Part shown: positions 41,575-51,100 of the stretch, in pieces
How positions within the stretch are numbered: position 1 is the first letter of the stretch
Layout of the letters: each line of letters starts with the position of its first letter
From: an uncultured Gammaproteobacteria bacterium
Lineage (GTDB): Bacteria; Pseudomonadota; Gammaproteobacteria; JACCXJ01
Assembly: GCA_963764725.1 (NCBI GenBank)
Contig: CAVXTM010000018.1
Span: forward strand, 640,001 to 704,000
Length of the DNA stretch: 64,000 nt
Reading direction: 5' to 3'
Made by a program: the position numbers and the translations under genes
Notes under the pieces: model-generated
Seen by the model: only the letters and a program-made list of their open reading frames with translations
Databases searched by the model: none
Told to the model about the DNA's origin: nothing

Positions 41575-41889
41575 TTACTTCAGACGGATATCGTTTTTAA
41601 CCGCCGCAACTCCGTCGACCGAGCTAGCCAGATCCGCAGCCCGTTGTCGCTCCATTTCGTTGTTGGCGAACCCACTGAGCTGAACCTCTCCCTTGAAGGT
41701 CTCCACATTGATCGCAAGCCCACTGACCTCCGGGTCATGGAGCAGGGTGGTCTTGACCTTGCTGGTCAGCGCCGTATCGTCGAGGTACTCTCCGGTGCTT
41801 TCCTGTGTGGGGCTCCCCGCACACCCGCCGAGTAAGACGACGGCCAGCGCCGCAGCCATTAAACGCTTGTGTTTTATTCGATTGTTCAT
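41575..41889 (-). CDS. BON-domain lipoprotein (OsmY-like)
   Basis: LGGC lipobox; GEYLDD..LTSKVK, INVETFKG.VQLSGF, V.GV..VKN; GAGGAG RBS. Confidence 0.9.
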   Translation of the reverse strand: MNNRIKHKRLMAAALAVVLLGGCAGSPTQESTGEYLDDTALTSKVKTTLLHDPEVSGLAINVETFKGEVQLSGFANNEMERQRAADLASSVDGVAAVKNDIRLK

Positions 41890-42040
41890 CGCAAATCTCC
41901 TCTCGGACTCACTCCGAAGATTCAAGTATCACACTCACCCCTCATGCGCATAGATCATGAGAGGCCTCTGGCCACGGCGGCAGACTTCGCAAACCGATGT
42001 CGCGGCTGCTGGTCGTACACACTGGCCACACCCAGACATG

Positions 42041-42056
42041 AGCAATCCATATGCCG
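42041..42056 (-). promoter_or_regulatory. Sigma-54-type -24/-12 promoter upstream of the BON gene
   Basis: Minus strand CGGCATATGGATTGCT (GG-N10-GC). Confidence 0.55.
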
Positions 42057-42265
42057 TGCCCTTTATCCTGGATTAAGAGACGTAAACTCAGAGGGTTAAG
42101 ACCGGGCCTGCCGGTAGGATCCGGATGTCAACGCGGATAACGTCGGTAAGAAATACCAGCCACGGGGAAAGAGTTACAGCGATGTCACGGCTGGCGACGC
42201 GAAAGCCAGTCCTGCCGGCGCGTGCCGGTCCTCACGCCCATCGCCCGGTGCTGGCGTCTCAACGG

Positions 42266-44434
42266 CTATGCCGGCCGCTTCCCGTTCTCCTTCACGAGGT
42301 TCGCGATGACCCGTATCAGCTCCGCAGGCTCGACGGGCTTCGCCAGGTGCGCCTGAAAGCCCGCGCGTAGCGCGCGTACTCGGTCCTGGGGCTGTGCATA
42401 GGCCGTGAGCGCGATCGCCGGGATCTGCCCGGACAGCGGTATTCGGTGCTCCTTCTCCAAGGCCCGGAGTTTTCCGATCACCGCATAGCCGTCCAGCTCG
42501 GGCATCGCGATGTCGCAGACCAGGACGTGCGGCGGTGCGCTTTCGAGACTCTCGGCGAGCAATGCGAGCGCCTGGCGCCCCGAGCCCGCGGCGCTCACCT
42601 CGGCCCCGTGGCGCGCCAGCATCGTGGCCAGCGCCTCGCGCCCATCCTCCCGATCGTCCACCACCAGCAGCCGCACACCGGTGAGCAAGGGTGTCTTCAC
42701 GCCGGAAGCTGCGGCCTCATCTTCTACCTTGCGTCCTTCCCCCATCGGCGCCGGTGGGACGGGCGAAGCCGGGAGGCGCACGGCGCGGAACGGCAGCTCA
42801 ACGGTGATCGTCGTGCCCCGCCCGCGGCCGGGGCTCTCGGCGCGGACGCTCCCCCCATGCAACGCGACGAGCTCCCGCACCAGGGCCAGTCCCAGACCCA
42901 ATCCACTATGTCGGCGCGTGCTCGATGTGTCCGACTGGCGGAAGCGCTCGAAGATGAAGGGGAGGATCTCGGGGTCGATCCCCGCACCCGTGTCGCTCAC
43001 GACGATCCGACTGTGCGCTTCCACGCGCGCGATGTGCAAATGGACACGGCCCCCGCGGGGCGTGAACTTGATAGCATTGGAGAGCAGATTCCAGACGACC
43101 TGCTGTAGGCGCCCGGCGTCACCCGTGATCGGTCCCGAATTCGCGTCGATGAGCGTGTAGATCTCGACCCCACGGGCCTCTGCGGCCGAGCGCACGACGT
43201 TCAGCGCCGCCTCGGCTACGGCCGCGGGATCGAGGGCTTGGACCTCGAGCTGCAACTTGCCGCTGGTGATGCGGGCCGAGTCCAAGAGATCGTCGATCAG
43301 CCGCCGTTGCTGATCGACGCTACTCTTGAGGAATGCGGTGGCCCTTGCGAGGGTCGCGGCATCCGGCTCGGGTGTGGTCTCCAGGATGTGCAGCCAGACG
43401 ACCATCGCGTTCAAGGGGTTGCGTAGCTCGTGCGAGACCAGGGCCAGGAAGTCGTCTTTCGCGCGATCGGCGGCCTCGGCCCGCTCGCGCAATCGATGCT
43501 CCTCGGCATGCAAGGCCTCACGCTCAATGTCGGCCTCCTTGCGCTGGGTGATGTCCCACGCCAGACCGATCCCGTAGAGAGGCTCACCGTGCTCATCCCG
43601 ATAGACCCTGCCCCGGTCCGCCAGCCAGCGCACCGTTGCATCCGGCCGGATAATGCGAAACTCCTCCACATAATCCGTGTCTTCTCGCGCCGCGCGGGCC
43701 ACTGTCTCTGCTACGCGCTCGCGATCGTCGGGATGGACGGCGCTCAAAAACTGTTCATAGTTGGCGAATGAGGACCCGGAGGGCAGACCGCACAGCGCCC
43801 CGAGGTGATCGCTATAGATCGTCATCCCGGTTTCGAAGTCGCGGTAATAATAGCCCATGTGCGCGGTGGTCATAGCCAGGCGAAGCCGTTCCTGGCTCTC
43901 CTTGAGCCCCTCCTCGGCCTGGCGGGACTTCAACATCTCTGCCTGCAACGCCGCGTTCGCCTGCTCCAGCTCGGTGGTCCGTTCCTGCACCCGGCGCTCG
44001 AGACGCTGGTTGAAATTCGCCAGTGCCTCCCGGTCCCGCTTGCGCTCGAGGGTGTAGCGCATCGCGCGCTCCAGGGCCGCGGCGTCGATCCGGTCCTTCA
44101 AGAGGTAGTCGGCCGCGCCCGCCCGCATGGCCTCGACGTCGACCTCGAAGGCGCTGTACCCGGTCAGCACGATGAAGGGGATCCCGTAGTCCTCGGCCGC
44201 CGCCCGGCGCAGGAGGTCGACCCCGTTGCACTCGCCGAGCCGGTAGTCGAGCAGACACACGTCGTGCGCACGGCGCGCCAGTGCGCTAAGACCGGTCTCA
44301 TAGCTCGGCGCCCAGTCGAGCTCGATCCGATACGCCGACACCTCGGCGAGCAGCTCGCGGGTGAGACGATAGTCGTCCTCGTCGTCCTCGACGAGCAGCA
44401 CCCGGATCAGGGGCGCTTGCGCCTCAGCCTGCAT
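42266..44434 (-). CDS. Hybrid sensor kinase (REC-PAS-HisKA-HATPase-REC)
   Basis: LLVEDD..D.CLLD; VHPDDR; SHELRNPL; NLLSNAIKF; GLGLGL; C-terminal REC (CDIAMP). Confidence 0.93.
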   Translation of the reverse strand: MQAEAQAPLIRVLLVEDDEDDYRLTRELLAEVSAYRIELDWAPSYETGLSALARRAHDVCLLDYRLGECNGVDLLRRAAAEDYGIPFIVLTGYSAFEVDVEAMRAGAADYLLKDRIDAAALERAMRYTLERKRDREALANFNQRLERRVQERTTELEQANAALQAEMLKSRQAEEGLKESQERLRLAMTTAHMGYYYRDFETGMTIYSDHLGALCGLPSGSSFANYEQFLSAVHPDDRERVAETVARAAREDTDYVEEFRIIRPDATVRWLADRGRVYRDEHGEPLYGIGLAWDITQRKEADIEREALHAEEHRLRERAEAADRAKDDFLALVSHELRNPLNAMVVWLHILETTPEPDAATLARATAFLKSSVDQQRRLIDDLLDSARITSGKLQLEVQALDPAAVAEAALNVVRSAAEARGVEIYTLIDANSGPITGDAGRLQQVVWNLLSNAIKFTPRGGRVHLHIARVEAHSRIVVSDTGAGIDPEILPFIFERFRQSDTSSTRRHSGLGLGLALVRELVALHGGSVRAESPGRGRGTTITVELPFRAVRLPASPVPPAPMGEGRKVEDEAAASGVKTPLLTGVRLLVVDDREDGREALATMLARHGAEVSAAGSGRQALALLAESLESAPPHVLVCDIAMPELDGYAVIGKLRALEKEHRIPLSGQIPAIALTAYAQPQDRVRALRAGFQAHLAKPVEPAELIRVIANLVKENGKRPA

Positions 44435-44885
44435 TCGGATCTCCCGGCAGCTCGACGATATCGAGCCAGTACCTCCCCAGGGTCCTGATGACCTTGACCA
44501 GGGCCTCGAAGGTTACGGGCTTCTGAATATACGAAGCCGCGCCGAGGTCATAGCTGCGGTAGATGTCCTCCTCCTCCTTCGAAGTGGTGAGGACGACGAT
44601 GCGGATGTGCTTGAGATTCGGGTCCGCCTTGATCTCCGCGAGCGCCTCCCGCCCGTCTTTTTTGGGCATGTTGAGATCGAGGAGGATCAAGCCCGGGCGC
44701 GGGGCCGCCGCGGGATCGCTGTATTGACCCCGGTGATGGAGATAATCCATCAACTCGGCCCCATCTTCGACGAAGCGCAGGTCGTTGCGCAGGTGCGCGT
44801 CGCCGAAGGCCTCCTGGGTCATCACACGGTCGTCCTTATCGTCGTCGGCCATGAGTATCGTGACGGATTTCCCCTGTGGTCTCAT
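44424..44885 (-). CDS. Single-domain response regulator (Rcp1-like)
   Basis: ILMADDD, LLDLNMPKKDG, LTTS..EED...SY.LGA.SYI.KP, YW. Confidence 0.93.
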   Translation of the reverse strand: MRPQGKSVTILMADDDKDDRVMTQEAFGDAHLRNDLRFVEDGAELMDYLHHRGQYSDPAAAPRPGLILLDLNMPKKDGREALAEIKADPNLKHIRIVVLTTSKEEEDIYRSYDLGAASYIQKPVTFEALVKVIRTLGRYWLDIVELPGDPNAG

Positions 44886-46399
44886 GTCGGGTTCTCCTGC
44901 TGTGTGACTGCTAAGGTGACGATGACGGTGGTCCCCTGCCCGGGGGTACTGTGCGCGCTGATAGTGCCGCCGTGGCGCGCGACGATCTTGCGGCAGATAG
45001 CGAGCCCCATACCCGTGCCCTCGTACTCATCGTGGCCGTGCAGGCGCTGGAACAGCTCGAAGATGCGCTCGCTATAGACCTCCTCGAAGCCAATGCCGTT
45101 GTCCTGCACCTGGATTTCACACTGGCGAGGGCCGAGTGCGGGGCTCTCGGCGGGCGGGTCACCGGTGTCGAGCAGCCTTGCCTCGATCCGCACCACGGGC
45201 GGCTCACCCTGGCGATGGAACTTGAGCCCGTTACCGATGAGATTCTGCAGCAACTGGCGCATCTGCAGCGGTTCCGCCTCGATGGTGGGAAGCGCTCCGA
45301 CTTCCACCCGCCCGCCCGTAGCAAACATACGCCCCTCCAGATCGGACACCACCTCTTGCGCGACCTCGGCGAGGTCGACCGGCACGAAGGGTCGGGCCTT
45401 GGTCGTCACCCGCGAGAAGCTTAAGAGGTCGTTGATGAGTTGGCGCATGCGCGCCGCGGCGGCGAGCATGCGCGCGAGGTAATCGCGCCCCGGTTCGTCC
45501 AGGGCCTGATCATACTTGGTCTTCAGCCGGCTGCCAAAGGCCTCGATCTTGCGCAGCGGCTCCTGGAGATCGTGGGAGGCGACGGCGGCGAAGTCCTGCA
45601 GCTCGCGGTTCGAGGCGTTCAGATCCGCCGTGCGACGCCTGAGCGTGCTGGCCATGGTGTGAAAGGCCTGGTCCACCCGGCCGATCTCGTCCTCGCCGCC
45701 GAGCGCCGAGAGCGGCGCCTCGCCCTCGGCCAGCCGCTTTGTGTTTTGCATCACGGCATCAAGACGCCGGCTGATCCCCCGGCTAAAGGCATAGGTTAGC
45801 CCCAGGGCGAGGACGAGGCTCGCTGCGGCCCCCGTGCCCAGCCACCAGTCCTCCTGCCGCCACCGTTCTTCCACCGCGGCATCGCGTGCGGCGTCCAGGT
45901 CGTGCTGCCGCTGCAAAAAAGTATCCATCTCCTGTCGCAGATCGGTCATGCGTTCCTGGCCGGTGAGGGCCTTGATCGCGGCGACTGCCTGCTCCGGCTT
46001 TCCGGCTTGAATGAAAGCGGTCAATTCGCCGAGGTAGCCGAGCAGCGCGGTCGCGTCATTGGCTATCCGGGTGATGCGCAACCGTTGTCCCGGGTCGTAG
46101 ACCCGGGCTTGCAACGCTGCTATCTTTTGGGGCACAACCCGGACGGCCTCCTCATAGGTCTGAGCGAAGGCAGGATCGCCGGTAATCACGAACCCGCGCG
46201 TATCGTTATGGGCCTCGATCAGCAGGCGGTGGGTGTGCTCGATCTCGCTAATGACCTTTTTGGTACCGGAGAGCCAACGGTGGTCCTCCTGCCCTTCCTC
46301 GCGGATGTGGAAGACGAGGCCGATGAACGCCCATTGCAAAAGTAAGGGGATCGTTATGAGGATCACCCCCTTCTTGAACATTGACAGATTGGCGCCCAT
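44882..46399 (-). CDS. CHASE3-HAMP sensor histidine kinase
   Basis: Two TMs around RGFVITGD (CHASE3), DEIG HAMP, SHDLQEPLRKI, NL..N.LKF, GTGMGLAIC; start uncertain. Confidence 0.88.
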   Translation of the reverse strand: MGANLSMFKKGVILITIPLLLQWAFIGLVFHIREEGQEDHRWLSGTKKVISEIEHTHRLLIEAHNDTRGFVITGDPAFAQTYEEAVRVVPQKIAALQARVYDPGQRLRITRIANDATALLGYLGELTAFIQAGKPEQAVAAIKALTGQERMTDLRQEMDTFLQRQHDLDAARDAAVEERWRQEDWWLGTGAAASLVLALGLTYAFSRGISRRLDAVMQNTKRLAEGEAPLSALGGEDEIGRVDQAFHTMASTLRRRTADLNASNRELQDFAAVASHDLQEPLRKIEAFGSRLKTKYDQALDEPGRDYLARMLAAAARMRQLINDLLSFSRVTTKARPFVPVDLAEVAQEVVSDLEGRMFATGGRVEVGALPTIEAEPLQMRQLLQNLIGNGLKFHRQGEPPVVRIEARLLDTGDPPAESPALGPRQCEIQVQDNGIGFEEVYSERIFELFQRLHGHDEYEGTGMGLAICRKIVARHGGTISAHSTPGQGTTVIVTLAVTQQENPT

Positions 46400-46676
46400 C
46401 AGTCGCCTGCTCGCTTCTCGGCGGCTTGCCTGTGGGTTCGCGCCGGGGCGCCCGAGAGTGCCGCGTAGCGGTCCATTCGCGTCATCGCAAGAGATCCGAT
46501 CACGATCCTCATCGCGCGTACTGGATACCATCGATCGCCTCATGAAATCAAGCGAGGGGCGCGCCTTGCCAGTTATCGATCCGGCTTGATCCGGCGTCGC
46601 AACCGTGGTACTCACATGATTGCTTCTCCACTGATCTTTTCGTCTACTTGCGCCAACCTACCGAAGGAGGTGTGTC

Positions 46677-46805
46677 ATGTACCTGGACCCGGCTGCTCTT
46701 ATCGCCATTATTGCAGGCATTTTGATCCTCGTGCGTCCCGCTTTGTTGAATTACATCGTCGCCGTCTATCTCATCATCATCGGAGTTCTGGGGCTAATGC
46801 GCTAG
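46677..46805 (+). CDS. DUF3096-family 42-aa membrane protein
   Basis: AAGGAGG RBS; MYLDPAALIAIIAGILILVRPALLNYIVAVYLIIIGVLGLMR; not in the ORF track. Confidence 0.85.
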   Translation: MYLDPAALIAIIAGILILVRPALLNYIVAVYLIIIGVLGLMR

Positions 46806-47320
46806 AAGCGTAACCCCGCGCCTTGGTCTCGTCCCTGAGGCGCCTGGGTTGAACACGAGCGGATCGTGCGTTTCACTGTGTCCTTCGGAGTGCTGGACGC
46901 ATCGAAAATGGAAATGTGCTTCCCCGCTCCATCAGGGCAGCCTGATCGAGATCAAGTTGCATGCCGGAACCGGCGAGACAACTATTGTCCCTATTTTTTG
47001 ATGCAATAGCCCGGCGGCTGAATCGAACAACGGACTTGGCAACCAGGCTACTCAGGAGTTTCTTACCGTTTCGCACCGTAAGAATTACGGACGATAGCAA
47101 GGAGAGCCGTCAGGTCGTCGGCACGCTGCTCTTCGACCGGCTACCTCTTGTAAGACCTACAGGGGTACGTGTAATTATTACCGATCTCAGCACCTCGTGG
47201 CATCGTGGAACTAACTGAATGTAAGCCGATATTGGTCCAGGACCCGGTATGGCGCGGATATTGACGCACCTTCCATAACTGAGAACCGATAGTCAGCCAA
47301 TCTTTCACTAGGCTACCGAC

Positions 47321-47782
47321 ATGAATTGGGACGAGACCACCGATAAACTCTTGAAAAGGGAATGCGCAGCCGTGGAAACGTATCAACAGGTGTTGCGCAA
47401 AGAGGGGCAAGAATCGGGGCGGCGGGGGGAGTTTCAAGAGTTAGTCACCATCCTTAGAGACCATGAGTGGGCCGTCTCGCAGCTCGAGGGTCGGATCCAG
47501 CAGCCGGAACGCAGTGCCGCCCAAAACTTCGGGGGATGGAGTACCTGGTCCAAGGTCGTCATGGGAGCAGCAACCATCTTCGGCGATCGGATAGTGCTCA
47601 GGGCCTTGAAAGCAGGTGAGGAATCCGGCTTTAAGCGCTATCAAGAGGTACTGGAGCCTACCGCCACGCCAGCGGAGCTGAAGCCCCTGTTCCTGGACCT
47701 GCTCGCGGAGCAGCAAGCGCATATACGTATATTGGACGGACTCCTGTCCAAGACTGGGTATTCGACTAGCAGCTCAAGATAA
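47321..47782 (+). CDS. DUF2383/ferritin-like four-helix bundle protein
   Basis: LL..E.AAVETY.Q, DH..AV..L, G.W..W.K.V.G.A.IFGD, ALK.GEE.G...Y. Confidence 0.8.
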   Translation: MNWDETTDKLLKRECAAVETYQQVLRKEGQESGRRGEFQELVTILRDHEWAVSQLEGRIQQPERSAAQNFGGWSTWSKVVMGAATIFGDRIVLRALKAGEESGFKRYQEVLEPTATPAELKPLFLDLLAEQQAHIRILDGLLSKTGYSTSSSR

Positions 47783-48128
47783 TCCCGTGGCACCACGGCG
47801 TCCCCAACCAGAAACGGGAGCCTGTGTCGCTTAGCGCTCCGGAGCAAGGGCACCAGGTCCGGCCCTACGGCGTCATCGAGCTTGCTGGCCCGGGTCCACC
47901 TTCTATTTTCGAAGTTCCGCCTGATCGAATCTCTCACATAGCGGTGAGAGATGGTTGACTTCCCCCCCCTCCGGCGACCTAAAATCATATTTCCTTGTTT
48001 CTACGATCCCGTCCTGCAGCGAATCAGCCATGAAGCGCGCCAAGCGACGAAGCCAGTCCTCCACTGCCCGGACGTCATCCACCTCACCAGCCGATAGGGC
48101 CCACGAGAAACAGTCGGAAGTGGCTCTG

Positions 48129-51100
48129 ATGAGCCACTCTCCTAAGAATACCCAGGGCGGCGAGATGGGTAAGCTCATCCGCGAGCACAACTGGTCGGCA
48201 ACGCCGCTCGGTCCCGTGGAGACGTGGCCGCAGAGTCTCAGGAGCGCGGTCAGCATCCTGCTGCCTTCGAAGGCGCAGATCGTCCTCTTCTGGGGTCCCG
48301 AGCTCATCACGATCTACAACGACGCCTATGCGCCGACGTTTGGCGCGAAGCATCCGTGGGCACTCGGTCGTCCTGCGCGCGATTGCTGGAGCGAGGTGTG
48401 GCACGTCATCGGACCGCTGTTCGATGGCGTAGTCAGGACGGGTGAGGCATTCTGGGCGAAGGACCATCCCTTCTTTCTCCGCCGGCAGGGGTTCCTCGAA
48501 GAGACGTTCTTCGACGTCTCGTACGATCCGGTCCGCATCGAGGGCGGCGGCGTCGGTGGAATCTTCTGCATCGTCAGCGAGCAGACGGGGCGCGTTCTCG
48601 GCGAACGCCGCCTCCGCACGCTAAGAGAGCTCGGCACAAGGACGGCGGACGCGAAGGACGCCGAGGATGTCTTCCGGGAGGCGGCGGCCGCTCTGGCGAT
48701 GAATCCCGCCGACATTCCTTTCTCGCTGCTGTACCTGTTCGATGGCCCGGGGCTCCGCGCGGAAATCGTCGGGGTCGTCGGCATCGAGCTCGACGATCTC
48801 GCCTCCAGACACATCGCGGTCAGCGACGTCGAGGCCCTCGCATCCACGCGCAACGGCCGGGCCGCCGACGTCGGGACCAGGGTCTTCGTCATCCAGGCGC
48901 CGGAGACCGCGGCCGAGCGGGCGCTGGTGCTGCCGATCTCGTCGGGAACGCAGACTGTGGGCGCGCTGATCGCCGGCGTGAGCCGGTTTCTCCGTCTGGC
49001 CGGCGACTACCGCGACTTTTTCGACCTTGCCGCCGCGCGCATCTCGGCGGCGATCACGAATGCGCGCGCGTACGAGACCGAGCGCAGAAGGGCGGAGGCG
49101 CTGGCCGAGTTGGACCGCGCCAAGACCGCCTTCTTCAGCAATGTCAGCCACGAGTTCCGAACGCCGCTGACACTGATGCTTGGACCGATCGAGGACCTCA
49201 AAGCCCAGTTTGGCCGGTCCGATTCGGCGATCTCGATGGTGCAGTATCAGCAGATCGACCTGATGCATCGCAACAGTCTCCGCCTGCTCAAGCTGGTCAA
49301 CACCCTGCTCGATTTTTCCCGCATCGAGGCCGGGCGGGTCCAAGCCATCTACGAAGAGACCAATCTGGCCGCTCTCACTGCCGAGCTTGCCAGCGTGTTC
49401 CGTTCTGCCATCGAAAAGGCCGGACTGAAACTCATCGTCGATTGCGAGACTTTGCCCGAGCCGACCTACGTGGCTCCCGAGATGTGGGAGAAGATCATCC
49501 TGAATCTCCTTTCGAACGCCTTGAAGTTCACTTTTCAAGGCGAGATCGAAGTCAAGCTCCGACAAACGGGAAAGCACGTGGAACTTGCCGTTCGCGACAC
49601 GGGCACGGGCATTCCTGAAGACCAACTCCCGAAGATCTTTGAACGCTTTCATCGTGTCCCCGGCGCGCAAGGCCGCACCCACGAAGGCACCGGCATCGGC
49701 TTGGCGCTCGTTCAAGAATTAGCGAAGCTCCACGGTGGTTCGGTCTCAGTTGAAAGCACCTATGGCAAAGGAAGCACCTTCCGCGTGTTCATCCCCCTGG
49801 GCAAAGGTTATCTTCCCCATAAGCAGATTGGTGCGCCACGCACACCGAGCACGACTGCGTTGGTCGCCGCTCCATTTGTTGAAGAAGCCCTTCACTGGTT
49901 GTCAGATGAGTCAGTCGTCAGTAGCCAGTTGTCAGACCTTCCGCCCGTCAACACAACCACCGGCTATGGACCAGTGAGCACTGACAAGGCCCGAATTCTC
50001 CTAGCCGACGACAACGCCGACATGCGCGGGTACGTGCGACGCCTGCTTTCGAGTCAAGGCTACGAAGTCGAAGCGGTCGCGGATGGCGAGGCAGCGCTGC
50101 ACGCGGCTCGCGCCCATCCGCCCCGTTTAGTGCTCGCGGACGTGATGATGCCCAAGCTGGATGGGCTTGGCCTTGTGCGCGAACTGCGGAATGACCCACA
50201 AACGCGTGGCGTTCCCATCATTCTCGTTTCTGCCCGGGCGGGAGAAGAATCGCGTGTGGACGGGTTCGGAAAAGGCGCTGACGACTATCTCATTAAACCA
50301 TTCGGCGCCCGTGAGTTACTGGCGCGCGTGTCAGCTCGTCTGGAACTTGCTCGGGTGCGGGGACTGGCCGAACAGGAATTGCGGCAGGCACGTGATTACG
50401 CCGAAGCCATTATTCACACCGCGCGCGCCCCGCTGGTGGTTTTGGAGGCCGACTTGCGCGTCCACAAAGCCAATGAGGCGTTCTATCAAACATTCAACGT
50501 CTCTCCGGCGGAAACCGAGGGCCGCTTGATTTATGAATTAGGCGACGGCCAATGGAACATTCCCCGGCTGCGTGAACTGCTGAAAGACGTCGTCCCTCGA
50601 ACCCGTGTCTTCGACGACTTCGAGGTCACGCACGACTTTGCAACCATCGGCCGCCGCGTCATGCTGCTCAACGCCCGCAAGCTGAGCGCTATCGACGGCG
50701 CCCCCGCGAGAGCTCTCCTGGGTATCCAGGACATCACCGAAGTCTTACAGTTCCAGGATGCGGCGCGCAAAAACCAGATCCGTTATCAGGCACTTGTCGA
50801 AGCCTCCGCGCAAATTGTCTGGACGACTGATGCCACCGGTGCGGTGGTAAACGATTCGCCTTCGTGGCGGGCATTCACCGGCCAAACGTACGAGCAATGG
50901 AAAGGCCTAGGCTGGCTCGACGCGCTCCATCCTGAAGACCGTGAGCGCATAAGTCACCTATGGCAGCGGGCAGTCGCGGAACGCACCCCAGTGGAAACCG
51001 AATATCGCCTCCGACACGTCAGCGGTGAATGGCGCTGGATGGCGGTACGAGCCGTGCCTGTGTTGTACCCCGACGGCTCAGTGCGCGAATGGGTTGGGAT

